A program made the translations under genes and the position numbers. 64,000 nt of DNA from Bugula neritina (lineage: Eukaryota; Animalia; Bryozoa): contig CAXIUT010000073.1 in assembly GCA_964035545.1 (NCBI GenBank), positions 496,001-560,000 on the forward strand, in the 5' to 3' direction. Positions 37,901-51,900 of this stretch are shown in pieces; positions within the stretch are counted from its first letter, which is position 1; each line of letters opens with the position of its first letter. The notes below the pieces were generated by a model that saw nothing but the letters and a program-made list of their open reading frames with translations, was not told the DNA's origin and searched no databases.

Positions 37901-40900
37901 TTGTGTGTATAGTGATGCCCATCTTGAACTAGAGATGGCTGACTGAAGACTGCTACTTTGTGAAAATTGACAATGCATATTATTATTATTCATTGTTGAG
38001 ATTCACGACTGCCATAAACAATGATAAAATATTCATTGTTGGTACTACTGAGTAGAATAAAATATAATATAATATTATTTTCTGGACAGATAAATAATAT
38101 CAAATGCATATTATAACTTACCATAAATATACAGTGCTTCACATCTTCACCTTTTTCTGCAATGTTATTTCTTTGCAGTTAGAAGTACTAGCTGAATATA
38201 TGACTATGAAACATAACCCTTCAATTTCATTGCACCAGCACCAGTTGCAAGATAGGTGTGTTGAGAGTTATCTTTCCCAAAATTTTGTTCTTGGTGTTTA
38301 TACGAAGCAGACACAGGCTAATGTTAGTTTTGTTATTTGCAAGAGTTTTTCTGTCTGATTGTCCATCAGCAAAAGTTTGCGCCTTGCAGTTATTATGGAA
38401 ATACCAGTGATGCTGGAAGACCTTTGCATTGTACACCCGCCTTTACTATTGAATTTAGATGTTTTATTTTCCCATCCCCTCTCCTGCCCCCCTGTCCCCT
38501 CTAACAACCAGCAATCCTGACTCATGTGAATTGTGTTATTGTTCTAGAGTTGGCCCATGGGCCCACAGTATACGATTTGAAGCTTTATAGTTTACAGGCA
38601 GTCGAGATGAGTCACTGCTGAAACCCATTTTATTAGTAGACTATATTGCTCTTCAATAATCAGTTTTCATATTAAAAGAGAAAGCTCATCTGCAGCGCCA
38701 TTTCACAGTGTTATGTTTTGCTAGAGCAATAACTACTTTTAGATGCCTTTGCAAACATATGAGAAATAAATGAGTCATTCTATGAAAAGAGGTGTTTGCA
38801 GCACTTGTCCACTTTTGATTTTCATGCGGCATGGAAACTTTTGTAGTTTTAAATAATGTCTCCAAATTCATCACTTGCATGTGTTTAGATACTTGATGAA
38901 AATTTTTATGCAAAACTTGATGCCTGCTTCAAAGACACCAGTGCTTAATTACTGTGTTAACTGTATTGGCACGTTGCCATGAGATATTTGGTAATATTTC
39001 GCATCACAACAAACTCTTCAGAAAGTTGAGAAAATCAGTCTAGAAAGTTAATGAAATAAACCTACCAGAGAGAGTAAGCTAGATGTAACAAGTAGATCCA
39101 AAACAAGTTGATAAACAATTGAAGTTGAAGTCTCCATGTAGTCAACACGTTAGTCCTAATGTCAAATGCAAACGTCTGCAACCAAACTGTGTAGACTTCA
39201 TAAGCTGGTTAGCTGACAGGAGAGATTAAAGTTCTTAACTCTTGTGTGTATAGTGATGCCCATCTTGAACTAGAGATGGCTGACTGAAGACTGCTACTTT
39301 GTGAAAATTGACAATGCATATTATTATTATTCATTGTTGAGATTCACGACTGCCATAAACAATGATAAAATATTCATTGTTGGTACTACTGAGTAGAATA
39401 AAATATAATATAATATTATTTTCTGGACAGATAAATAATATCAAATGCATATTATAACTTACCATAAATCTACAGTGCTTCACATCTTCACCTTTTTCTG
39501 CAATGTTATTTCTTTGCAGTTAGAAGTACTAGCTGAATATATGACTATGAAACATAACCCTTCAATTTCATTGCACCAGCACCAGTTGCAAGATAGGTGT
39601 ATTGAGAGTTATCTTTCCCAAAATTTTGTTCTTGGTGTTTATACGAAGCAGACACAGGCTAATATTAGTTTTGTTATTTGCAAGAGTTTTTCTGTCTGAT
39701 TGTCCATCAGCAAAAGTTTGCGCCTTGCAGTTATTATGGAAATACCAGTGATGCTGGAAGACCTTTGCATTGTACACCCGCCTTTACTATTGAATTTAGA
39801 TATTTTATTTTCCCATCCCCTCTCCTGCCCCCCTGTCCCCTCTAACAACCAGCAATCCTGACTCATGTGAATTGTGTTATTGTTCTAGAGTTGGCCCATG
39901 GGCCTACAGTATACGATTTGAAGCTTTATAGTTTACAGGCAGTAGAGATGAGTCACTGCTGAAACTCATTTTATTAGTAGACTATATTGCTCTTCAATAA
40001 TCAGTTTTCATATTAAAAGAGAAAGCTCATCTGCAGCGCCATTTCACAGTGTTATGTTTTGCTAGAGCAATAACTACTTTTAGATGCCTTTGCAAACATA
40101 TGAGAAATAAATGAGTCATTCTATGAAAAGAGGTGTTTGCAGCACTTGTCCACTTTTGATTTACATGCGGCATGGAAACTTTTGTAGTTTTAAATAATGT
40201 CTCCAAATTCATCACTTGCATGTGTTTAGATACTTGATGAAAATTTTTATGCAAAACTTGATGCCTGCTTCAAAGACACCAGTGCTTAATTACTGTGTTA
40301 ACTGTATTGGCACGTTGCCATGAGATATTTGGTAATATTTCGCATCACAACAAACTCTTCAGAAAGTTGAGAAAATCAGTCTAGAAAGTTAATGAAATAA
40401 ACCTACCAGAGAGAGGAAGCCAGATGTAACAAGTAGATCCAAAACAAGTTGATAAACAATTGAAGTTGAAGTCTCCATGTAGTCAACACTTTAGTCCTAA
40501 CGTCAAATTCAAACGTCTGCAACCAAACTGTGTAGACTTCATGAGCTGGTTAGCTGACAGGACAGATTAAAGTTCTTAACTCTTGTGTGTATAGTGATGC
40601 CCATCTTGAACTAGAGAGGGCTGACTGAAGACTGCTACTTTGTGAAAATTGACAATGCATATTATTATTATTCATTGTTGAGATTCACGACTGCCATACA
40701 CAATGATAAAATATTCATTGTTGGTACTACTGAGTAGAATAAAATATAATATAATATTATTTTCTGGAAAGATAAATAATATCAAATGCATATTATAACT
40801 TACCATAAATCTACAGTGCTTCACATCTTCACCTTTTTCTGCAATGTTATTTCTTTGCAGTTAGAAGTACTAGCTGAATATATGACTATGAAACATAACC

Positions 40901-42912
40901 CTTCAATTTCATTGCACCAGCACCAGTTGCAAGATAGGTGTATTGAGAGTTATCTTTCCCAAAATTTTGTTCTTGGTGTTTATACGAAGCAGACACAGGC
41001 TAATATTAGTTTTGTTATTTGCAAGAGTTTTTCTGTCTGATTGTCCATCAGCAAAAGTTTGCGCCTTGCAGTTATTATGGAAATACCAGTGATGCTGGAA
41101 GACCTTTGCATTGTACACCCGCCTTGACTATTGAAGTTAGATGTTTTATTTTCCCATCCCCTCTCCCGCCCCCCTGTCCCCTCTAACAACCGGCAATCCT
41201 GACTCATGTGAATTGTGTTATTGTTCTAGAGTTGGCCCATGGGCCTACAGTATACGATTTGAAGCTTTATAGTTTACAGGCAGTCGAGATGAGTCACTGC
41301 TGAAACCCATTTTATTAGTAGACTATATTGCTCTTCAATCATCAGTTTTCATATTAAAACAGAAAGCTCATCTGCAGCGCCATTTCACAGTGTTATATTT
41401 TGCTAGAGCAATAACTAATTTTAGATGCCTTTGCAAACATATGAGAAATAAATGAGTCATTCTATGAAAAGAGGTGTTTGCAGCACTTGTCCACTTTTGA
41501 TTTACACGCGGCATCGAAACTTTTGTAGTTTTAAATAATGTCTCCAAATTCATCACTTGCATGTGTTTAGATACTTGATGAAAATGTTTATGCAAAATTT
41601 GATGCCTGCTTCAAAGACACCAGTGCTTAATTACTGTGTTAACTGTATTGGCACGTTGCCATGAGATATTTGGTAATATTTCGCATCACAACAAACTCTT
41701 CAGAAAGTTAAGAAAATCAGTCTAGAAAGTTAATGAAATAAACCTACCAGAGAGAGTAAGCCAGATGTAACAAGTAGATCCAAAACAAGTTGATTAACAA
41801 TTGAAGTTGAAGTCTCGATGTAGTCAACACTTTAGTCCTAACGTCAAATGCTAACGTCTGCAACCAAACTGTGAAGACTTCATGAGCTGGTTAGCTGACA
41901 GGACACATTAAAGTTCTTAACTCTTGTGTGTATAGTGATGCCCATCTTGAACTAGAGAGGGCTGACTGAAGACTGCTACTTTGTGAAAATTGACAATGCA
42001 TATTATTATTATTCATTGTTGAGATTCACGACTGCCATAAACAATGATAAAATATTCATTGTTGGTACTACTGAGTAGAATAAAATATAATATAATATTG
42101 TTTTCTGGACAGAAAAGTAATATCAAATGCATATTATAACTTACCATAAATCTACAGTGCTTCACATCTTCACCTTTTCCTGCAATTTTATTTCTTTGCA
42201 GTTAGAAGTAGTAGCTGAATATATGACGATGAAACATAACCCTTCAATTTCATTGCACCAGCACCAGTTGCAAGATAGGTGTGTTGGGAGTTATCTTTCC
42301 TAAAAATTTGTTCTTGGTGTTTATACGAAGCAGACACAGGCTAATATTAGTTTTGTTATTTGCAAGAGTTTTTCTCTCTGATTGTCCATCAGCAAAAGTT
42401 TGCGCCTTGCAGTTATTATGGAAATACCAGTGATGCTGGAAGACCTTTGCATTGTACACCCGCCTTTACTATTGAATTTAGATATTTTATTTTCCCATCC
42501 CCTCTCCTGCCCCCCTGTCCCCTCTAACAACCAGCAATCCTGACTCATGTGAATTGTGTTATTGTTCTAGAGTTGGCCCATGGGCCTACAGTATACGATT
42601 TGAAGCTTTATAGTTTACAGGCAGTCGAGATGAGTCACTGCTGAAACCCATTTTATTAGTAGACTATATTGCTCTTCAATCATCAGTTTTCATATTAAAA
42701 CAGAAAGCTCATCTGCAGCGCCATTTCACAGTGTTATATTTTGCTAGAGCAATAACTAATTTTAGATGCCTTTGCAAACATATGAGAAATAAATGAGTCA
42801 TTCTATGAAAAGAGGTGTTTGCAGCACTTGTCCACTTTTGATTTACATGCGGCATGGAAACTTTTGTAGTTTTAAATAATGTCTCCAAATTCATCACTTG
42901 CATGTGTTTAGA

Positions 42913-45900
42913 TACTTGATGAAAATTTTTATGCAAAACTTGATGCCTGCTTCAAAGACACCAGTGCTTAATTACTGTGTTAACTGTATTGGCATGTTGC
43001 CATGAGATATTTGGTAATATTTCGCATCACAACAAACTCTTCAGAAAGTTAAGAAAATAAGTCTAGAAAGTTAATGAAATAAACCTACCAGAGAGAGTAA
43101 GCCAGATGTAACAAGTAGATCCAAAACAAGTTGATTAACAATTGAAGTTGAAATCTCCATGTAGTCAACACTTTAGTCCTAATGTCAAATGCAAGCGCCT
43201 GCAACCAAACTGTGTAGACTTCATGAGCTGGTTAGCTGACAGGACTCATTAAAGTTCTTAACTCTTGTGTGTATAGTGATGCCCATCTTGAACTAGAGAG
43301 GGGTGACTGAAGACTGCTACTTTGTGAAAATTGACAATGCATATTATTATTATTCATTGTTGAGATTCACGACTGCCATAAACAATGATAAAATATTCAT
43401 TGTTGGTACTACTGAGTAGAATAAAATATAATATAATATTATTTTCTGGACAGACAAATAATATCAAATGCATATTATAACTTACCATAAATCTACAGTG
43501 CTTCACATCTTCACCTTTTTCTGCAATGTTATTTCTTTGCAGTTAGAAGTACTAGCTGAATATATGACTATGAAACATAACCCTTCAATTTCATTGCACC
43601 AGCACCAGTTGCAAGATAGGTGTGTTGGGAGTTATCTTTCCCAAAACTTTGTTCTTGGTGTTTATACGAAGCAGACACAGGCTAATATTAGTTTTGTTAT
43701 TTGCAAGAGTATTTCTGTCTGATTGTCCATCGGCAAAAGTTTGCGCCTTGCAGTTATTATGGAAATACCAGTGATGCTGGAAGACCTTTGCATTGTACAC
43801 CCGCCTTTACTATTGAATTTAGATGTTTTATTTTCCCATCCCCTCTCCTGCCCCCCTGTCCCCTCTAACAACCAGCAATCCTGACTCATGTGAATTGTGT
43901 TATTGTTCTAGAGTTGGCCCATGGGCCCACAGTATACGATTTGAAGCTTTATAGTTTACAGGCAGTCGAGATGAGTCACTGCTGAAACCCATTTTATTAG
44001 TAGACTATATTGCTCTTCAATAATCAGTTTTCATATTAAAAGAGAAAGCTCATCTGCAGCGCCATTTCACAGTGTTATGTTTTGCTAGAGCAATAACTAC
44101 TTTTAGATGCCTTTGCAAACATATGAGAAATAAATGAGTCATTCTATGAAAAGAGGTGTTTGCAGCACTTGTCCACTTTTGATTTTCATGCGGCATGGAA
44201 ACTTTTGTAGTTTTAAATAATGTCTCCAAATTCATCACTTGCATGTGTTTAGATACTTGATGAAAATTTTTATGCAAAACTTGATGCCTGCTTCAAAGAC
44301 ACCAGTGCTTAATTACTGTGTTAACTGTATTGGCACGTTGCCATGAGATATTTGGTAATATTTCGCATCACAACAAACTCTTCAGAAAGTTGAGAAAATC
44401 AGTCTAGAAAGTTAATGAAATAAACCTACCAGAGAGAGTAAGCTAGATGTAACAAGTAGATCCAAAACAAGTTGATAAACGATTGAAGTTGAAGTCTCCA
44501 TGTAGTCAACACGTTAGTCCTAATGTCAAATGCAAACGTCTGCAACCAAACTGTGTAGACTTCATAAGCTGGTTAGCTGACAGGAGAGATTAAAGTTCTT
44601 AACTCTTGTGTGTATAGTGATGCCCATCTTGAACTAGAGATGGCTGACTGAAGACTGCTACTTTGTGAAAATTGACAATGCATATTATTATTATTCATTG
44701 TTGAGATTCACGACTGCCATAAACAATGATAAAATATTCATTGTTGGTACTACTGAGTAGAATAAAATATAATATAATATTATTTTCTGGACAGATAAAT
44801 AATATCAAATGCATATTATAACTTACCATAAATCTACAGTGCTTCACATCTTCACCTTTTTCTGCAATGTTATTTCTTTGCAGTTAGAAGTACTAGCTGA
44901 ATATATGACTATGAAACATAACCCTTCAATTTCATTGCACCAGCACCAGTTGCAAGATAGGTGTATTGAGAGTTATCTTTCCCAAAATTTTGTTCTTGGT
45001 GTTTATACGAAGCAGACACAGGCTAATATTAGTTTTGTTATTTGCAAGAGTTTTTCTGTCTGATTGTCCATCAGCAAAAGTTTGCGCCTTGCAGTTATTA
45101 TGGAAATACCAGTGATGCTGGAAGACCTTTGCATTGTACACCCGCCTTTACTATTGAATTTAGATATTTTATTTTCCCATCCCCTCTCCTGCCCCCCTGT
45201 CCCCTCTAACAACCAGCAATCCTGACTCATGTGAATTGTGTTATTGTTCTAGAGTTGGCCCATGGGCCTACAGTATACGATTTGAAGCTTTATAGTTTAC
45301 AGGCAGTCGAGATGAGTCACTGCTGAAACCCATTTTATTAGTAGACTATATTGCTCTTCAATCATCAGTTTTCATATTAAAAGAGAAAGCTCATCTGCAG
45401 CGCCATTTCACAGTGTTATGTTTTGCTAGAGCAATAACTAATTTTAGATGCCTTTGCAAACATATGAGAAATAAATGAGTCATTCTATGAAAAGAGGTGT
45501 TTGCAGCACTTGTCCACTTTTGATTTTCATGCGGCATGGAAACTTTTGTAGTTTTAAATAATGTCTCCAAATTCATCACTTGCATGTGTTTAGATACTTG
45601 ATGAAAATTTTTATGCAAAACTTGATGCCTGCTTCAAAGACACCAGTGCTTAATTACTGTGTTAACTGTATTGGCACGTTGCCATGAGATATTTGGTAAT
45701 ATTTCGCATCACAACAAACTCTTCAGAAAGTTGAGAAAATCAGTCTAGAAAGTTAATGAAATAAACCTACCAGAGAGAGTAAGCTAGATGTAACAAGTAG
45801 ATCCAAAACAAGTTGATAAACAATTGAAGTTGAAGTCTCCATGTAGTCAACACGTTAGTCCTAATGTCAAATGCAAACGTCTGCAACCAAACTGTGTAGA

Positions 45901-48900
45901 CTTCATAAGCTGGTTAGCTGACAGGAGAGATTAAAGTTCTTAACTCTTGTGTGTATAGTGATGCCCATCTTGAACTAGAGATGGCTGACTGAAGACTGCT
46001 ACTTTGTGAAAATTGACAATGCATATTATTATTATTCATTGTTGAGATTCACGACTGCCATAAACAATGATAAAATATTCATTGTTGGTACTACTGAGTA
46101 GAATAAAATATAATATAATATTATTTTCTGGACAGATAAATAATATCAAATGCATATTATAACTTACCATAAATCTACAGTGCTTCACATCTTCACCTTT
46201 TTCTGCAATGTTATTTCTTTGCAGTTAGAAGTACTAGCTGAATATATGACTATGAAACATAACCCTTCAATTTCATTGCACCAGCACCAGTTGCAAGATA
46301 GGTGTATTGAGAGTTATCTTTCCCAAAATTTTGTTCTTGGTGTTTATACGAAGCAGACACAGGCTAATATTAGTTTTGTTATTTGCAAGAGTTTTTCTGT
46401 CTGATTGTCCATCAGCAAAAGTTTGCGCCTTGCAGTTATTATGGAAATACCAGTGATGCTGGAAGACCTTTGCATTGTACACCCGCCTTTACTATTGAAT
46501 TTAGATATTTTATTTTCCCATCCCCTCTCCTGCCCCCCTGTCCCCTCTAACAACCAGCAATCCTGACTCATGTGAATTGTGTTATTGTTCTAGAGTTGGC
46601 CCATGGGCCTACAGTATACGATTTGAAGCTTTATAGTTTACAGGCAGTAGAGATGAGTCACTGCTGAAACTCATTTTATTAGTAGACTATATTGCTCTTC
46701 AATAATCAGTTTTCATATTAAAAGAGAAAGCTCATCTGCAGCGCCATTTCACAGTGTTATGTTTTGCTAGAGCAATAACTACTTTTAGATGCCTTTGCAA
46801 ACATATGAGAAATAAATGAGTCATTCTATGAAAAGAGGTGTTTGCAGCACTTGTCCACTTTTGATTTACATGCGGCATGGAAACTTTTGTAGTTTTAAAT
46901 AATGTCTCCAAATTCATCACTTGCATGTGTTTAGATACTTGATGAAAATTTTTATGCAAAACTTGATGCCTGCTTCAAAGACACCAGTGCTTAATTACTG
47001 TGTTAACTGTATTGGCACGTTGCCATGAGATATTTGGTAATATTTCGCATCACAACAAACTCTTCAGAAAGTTGAGAAAATCAGTCTAGAAAGTTAATGA
47101 AATAAACCTACCAGAGAGAGGAAGCCAGATGTAACAAGTAGATCCAAAACAAGTTGATAAACAATTGAAGTTGAAGTCTCCATGTAGTCAACACTTTAGT
47201 CCTAACGTCAAATTCAAACGTCTGCAACCAAACTGTGTAGACTTCATGAGCTGGTTAGCTGACAGGACAGATTAAAGTTCTTAACTCTTGTGTGTATAGT
47301 GATGCCCATCTTGAACTAGAGAGGGCTGACTGAAGACTGCTACTTTGTGAAAATTGACAATGCATATTATTATTATTCATTGTTGAGATTCACGACTGCC
47401 ATACACAATGATAAAATATTCATTGTTGGTACTACTGAGTAGAATAAAATATAATATAATATTATTTTCTGGAAAGATAAATAATATCAAATGCATATTA
47501 TAACTTACCATAAATCTACAGTGCTTCACATCTTCACCTTTTTCTGCAATGTTATTTCTTTGCAGTTAGAAGTACTAGCTGAATATATGACTATGAAACA
47601 TAACCCTTCAATTTCATTGCACCAGCACCAGTTGCAAGATAGGTGTGTTGGGAGTCATCTTTCCTAAAAATTTGTTCTTGGTGTTTATACGAAGCAGACA
47701 CAGGCTAATATTAGTTTTGTTATTTGCAAGAGTTTTTCTGTCTGATTGTCCATCAGCAAAAGTTTGCGCCTTGCAGTTATTATGGAAATACCAGTGATGC
47801 TGGAAGACCTTTGCATTGTACACCCGCCTTGACTATTGAAGTTAGATGTTTTATTTTCCCATCCCCTCTCCCGCCCCCTTGTCCCCTCTAACAACCGGCC
47901 ATCCTGACTCATGTGAATTGTGTTATTGTTCTAGAGTTGGCCCATGGGCCTACAGTATACGATTTGAAGCTTTATAGTTTACAGGCAGTCGAGATGAGTC
48001 ACTGCTGAAACCCATTTTATTAGTAGACTATATTGCTCTTCAATCATCAGTTTTCATATTAAAAGAGAAAGCTCATCTGCAGCGCCATTTCACAGTGTTA
48101 TGTTTTGCTAGAGCAATAACTAATTTTAGATGCCTTTGCAAACATATGAGAAATAAATGAGTCATTCTATGAAAAGAGGTGTTTGCAGCACTTGTCCACT
48201 TTTGATTTTCATGCGGCATGGAAACTTTTGTAGTTTTAAATAATGTCTCCAAATTCATCACTTGCATGTGTTTAGATACTTGATGAAAATTTTTATGCAA
48301 AACTTGATGCCTGCTTCAAAGACACCAGTGCTTAATTACTGTGCTAACTGTATTGGCACGTTGCCATGAGATATTTGGTAATATTTCGCATCACAACAAA
48401 CTCTTCAGAAAGTTGAGAAAATCAGTCTAGAAAGTTAATGAAATAAACCTACCAGAGAGAGTAAGCTAGATGTAACAAGTAGATCCAAAACAAGTTGATA
48501 AACAATTGAAGTTGAAGTCTCCATGTAGTCAACACGTTAGTCCTAATGTCAAATGCAAACGTCTGCAACCAAACTGTGTAGACTTCATAAGCTGGTTAGC
48601 TGACAGGAGAGATTAAAGTTCTTAACTCTTGTGTGTATAGTGATGCCCATCTTGAACTAGAGATGGCTGACTGAAGACTGCTACTTTGTGAAAATTGACA
48701 ATGCATATTATTATTATTCATTGTTGAGATTCACGACTGCCATAAACAATGATAAAATATTCATTGTTGGTACTACTGAGTAGAATAAAATATAATATAA
48801 TATTATTTTCTGGACAGATAAATAATATCAAATGCATATTATAACTTACCATAAATCTACAGTGCTTCACATCTTCACCTTTTTCTGCAATGTTATTTCT

Positions 48901-51900
48901 TTGCAGTTAGAAGTACTAGCTGAATATATGACTATGAAACATAACCCTTCAATTTCATTGCACCAGCACCAGTTGCAAGATAGGTGTATTGAGAGTTATC
49001 TTTCCCAAAATTTTGTTCTTGGTGTTTATACGAAGCAGACACAGGCTAATATTAGTTTTGTTATTTGCAAGAGTTTTTCTGTCTGATTGTCCATCAGCAA
49101 AAGTTTGCGCCTTGCAGTTATTATGGAAATACCAGTGATGCTGGAAGACCTTTGCATTGTACACCCGCCTTTACTATTGAATTTAGATATTTTATTTTCC
49201 CATCCCCTCTCCTGCCCCCCTGTCCCCTCTAACAACCAGCAATCCTGACTCATGTGAATTGTGTTATTGTTCTAGAGTTGGCCCATGGGCCTACAGTATA
49301 CGATTTGAAGCTTTATAGTTTACAGGCAGTAGAGATGAGTCACTGCTGAAACTCATTTTATTAGTAGACTATATTGCTCTTCAATAATCAGTTTTCATAT
49401 TAAAAGAGAAAGCTCATCTGCAGCGCCATTTCACAGTGTTATGTTTTGCTAGAGCAATAACTACTTTTAGATGCCTTTGCAAACATATGAGAAATAAATG
49501 AGTCATTCTATGAAAAGAGGTGTTTGCAGCACTTGTCCACTTTTGATTTACATGCGGCATGGAAACTTTTGTAGTTTTAAATAATGTCTCCAAATTCATC
49601 ACTTGCATGTGTTTAGATACTTGATGAAAATTTTTATGCAAAACTTGATGCCTGCTTCAAAGACACCAGTGCTTAATTACTGTGTTAACTGTATTGGCAC
49701 GTTGCCATGAGATATTTGGTAATATTTCGCATCACAACAAACTCTTCAGAAAGTTGAGAAAATCAGTCTAGAAAGTTAATGAAATAAACCTACCAGAGAG
49801 AGGAAGCCAGATGTAACAAGTAGATCCAAAACAAGTTGATAAACAATTGAAGTTGAAGTCTCCATGTAGTCAACACTTTAGTCCTAACGTCAAATTCAAA
49901 CGTCTGCAACCAAACTGTGTAGACTTCATGAGCTGGTTAGCTGACAGGACAGATTAAAGTTCTTAACTCTTGTGTGTATAGTGATGCCCATCTTGAACTA
50001 GAGAGGGCTGACTGAAGACTGCTACTTTGTGAAAATTGACAATGCATATTATTATTATTCATTGTTGAGATTCACGACTGCCATACACAATGATAAAATA
50101 TTCATTGTTGGTACTACTGAGTAGAATAAAATATAATATAATATTATTTTCTGGAAAGATAAATAATATCAAATGCATATTATAACTTACCATAAATCTA
50201 CAGTGCTTCACATCTTCACCTTTTTCTGCAATGTTATTTCTTTGCAGTTAGAAGTACTAGCTGAATATATGACTATGAAACATAACCCTTCAATTTCATT
50301 GCACCAGCACCAGTTGCAAGATAGGTGTGTTGGGAGTCATCTTTCCTAAAAATTTGTTCTTGGTGTTTATACGAAGCAGACACAGGCTAATATTAGTTTT
50401 GTTATTTGCAAGAGTTTTTCTGTCTGATTGTCCATCAGCAAAAGTTTGCGCCTTGCAGTTATTATGGAAATACCAGTGATGCTGGAAGACCTTTGCATTG
50501 TACACCCGCCTTGACTATTGAAGTTAGATGTTTTATTTTCCCATCCCCTCTCCCGCCCCCTTGTCCCCTCTAACAACCGGCCATCCTGACTCATGTGAAT
50601 TGTGTTATTGTTCTAGAGTTGGCCCATGGGCCTACAGTATACGATTTGAAGCTTTATAGTTTACAGGCAGTCGAGATGAGTCACTGCTGAAACCCATTTT
50701 ATTAGTAGACTATATTGCTCTTCAATCATCAGTTTTCATATTAAAACAGAAAGCTCATCTGCAGCGCCATTTCACAGTGTTATATTTTGCTAGAGCAATA
50801 ACTAATTTTAGATGCCTTTGCAAACATATGAGAAATAAATGAGTCATTCTATGAAAAGAGGTGTTTGCAGCACTTGTCCACTTTTGATTTACACGCGGCA
50901 TCGAAACTTTTGTAGTTTTAAATAATGTCTCCAAATTCATCACTTGCATGTGTTTAGATACTTGATGAAAATGTTTATGCAAAATTTGATGCCTGCTTCA
51001 AAGACACCAGTGCTTAATTACTGTGTTAACTGTATTGGCACGTTGCCATGAGATATTTGGTAATATTTCGCATCACAACAAACTCTTCAGAAAGTTAAGA
51101 AAATCAGTCTAGAAAGTTAATGAAATAAACCTACCAGAGAGAGTAAGCCAGATGTAACAAGTAGATCCAAAACAAGTTGATTAACAATTGAAGTTGAAGT
51201 CTCGATGTAGTCAACACTTTAGTCCTAACGTCAAATTCAAACGTCTGCAACCAAACTGTGTAGACTTCATGAGCTGGTTAGCTGACAGGACAGATTAAAG
51301 TTCTTAACTCTTGTGTGTATAGTGATGCCCATCTTGAACTAGAGAGGGCTGACTGAAGACTGCTACTTTGTGAAAATTGACAATGCATATTATTATTATT
51401 CATTGTTGAGATTCACGACTGCCATAAACAATGATAAAATATTCATTGTTGGTACTACTGAGTAGAATAAAATATAATATAATATTGTTTTCTGGACAGA
51501 AAAGTAATATCAAATGCATATTATAACTTACCATAAATCTACAGTGCTTCACATCTTCACCTTTTCCTGCAATTTTATTTCTTTGCAGTTAGAAGTAGTA
51601 GCTGAATATATGACGATGAAACATAACCCTTCAATTTCATTGCACCAGCACCAGTTGCAAGATAGGTGTGTTGGGAGTTATCTTTCCTAAAAATTTGTTC
51701 TTGGTGTTTATACGAAGCAGACACAGGCTAATATTAGTTTTGTTATTTGCAAGATTTTTTCTGTCTGATTGTCCATCAGCAAAAGTTTGCGCCTTGCAGT
51801 TATTATGGAAATACCAGTGATGCTGGAAGACCTTTGCATTGTACACCCGCCTTTACTATTGAATTTAGATATTTTATTTTCCCATCCCCTCTCCTGCCCC

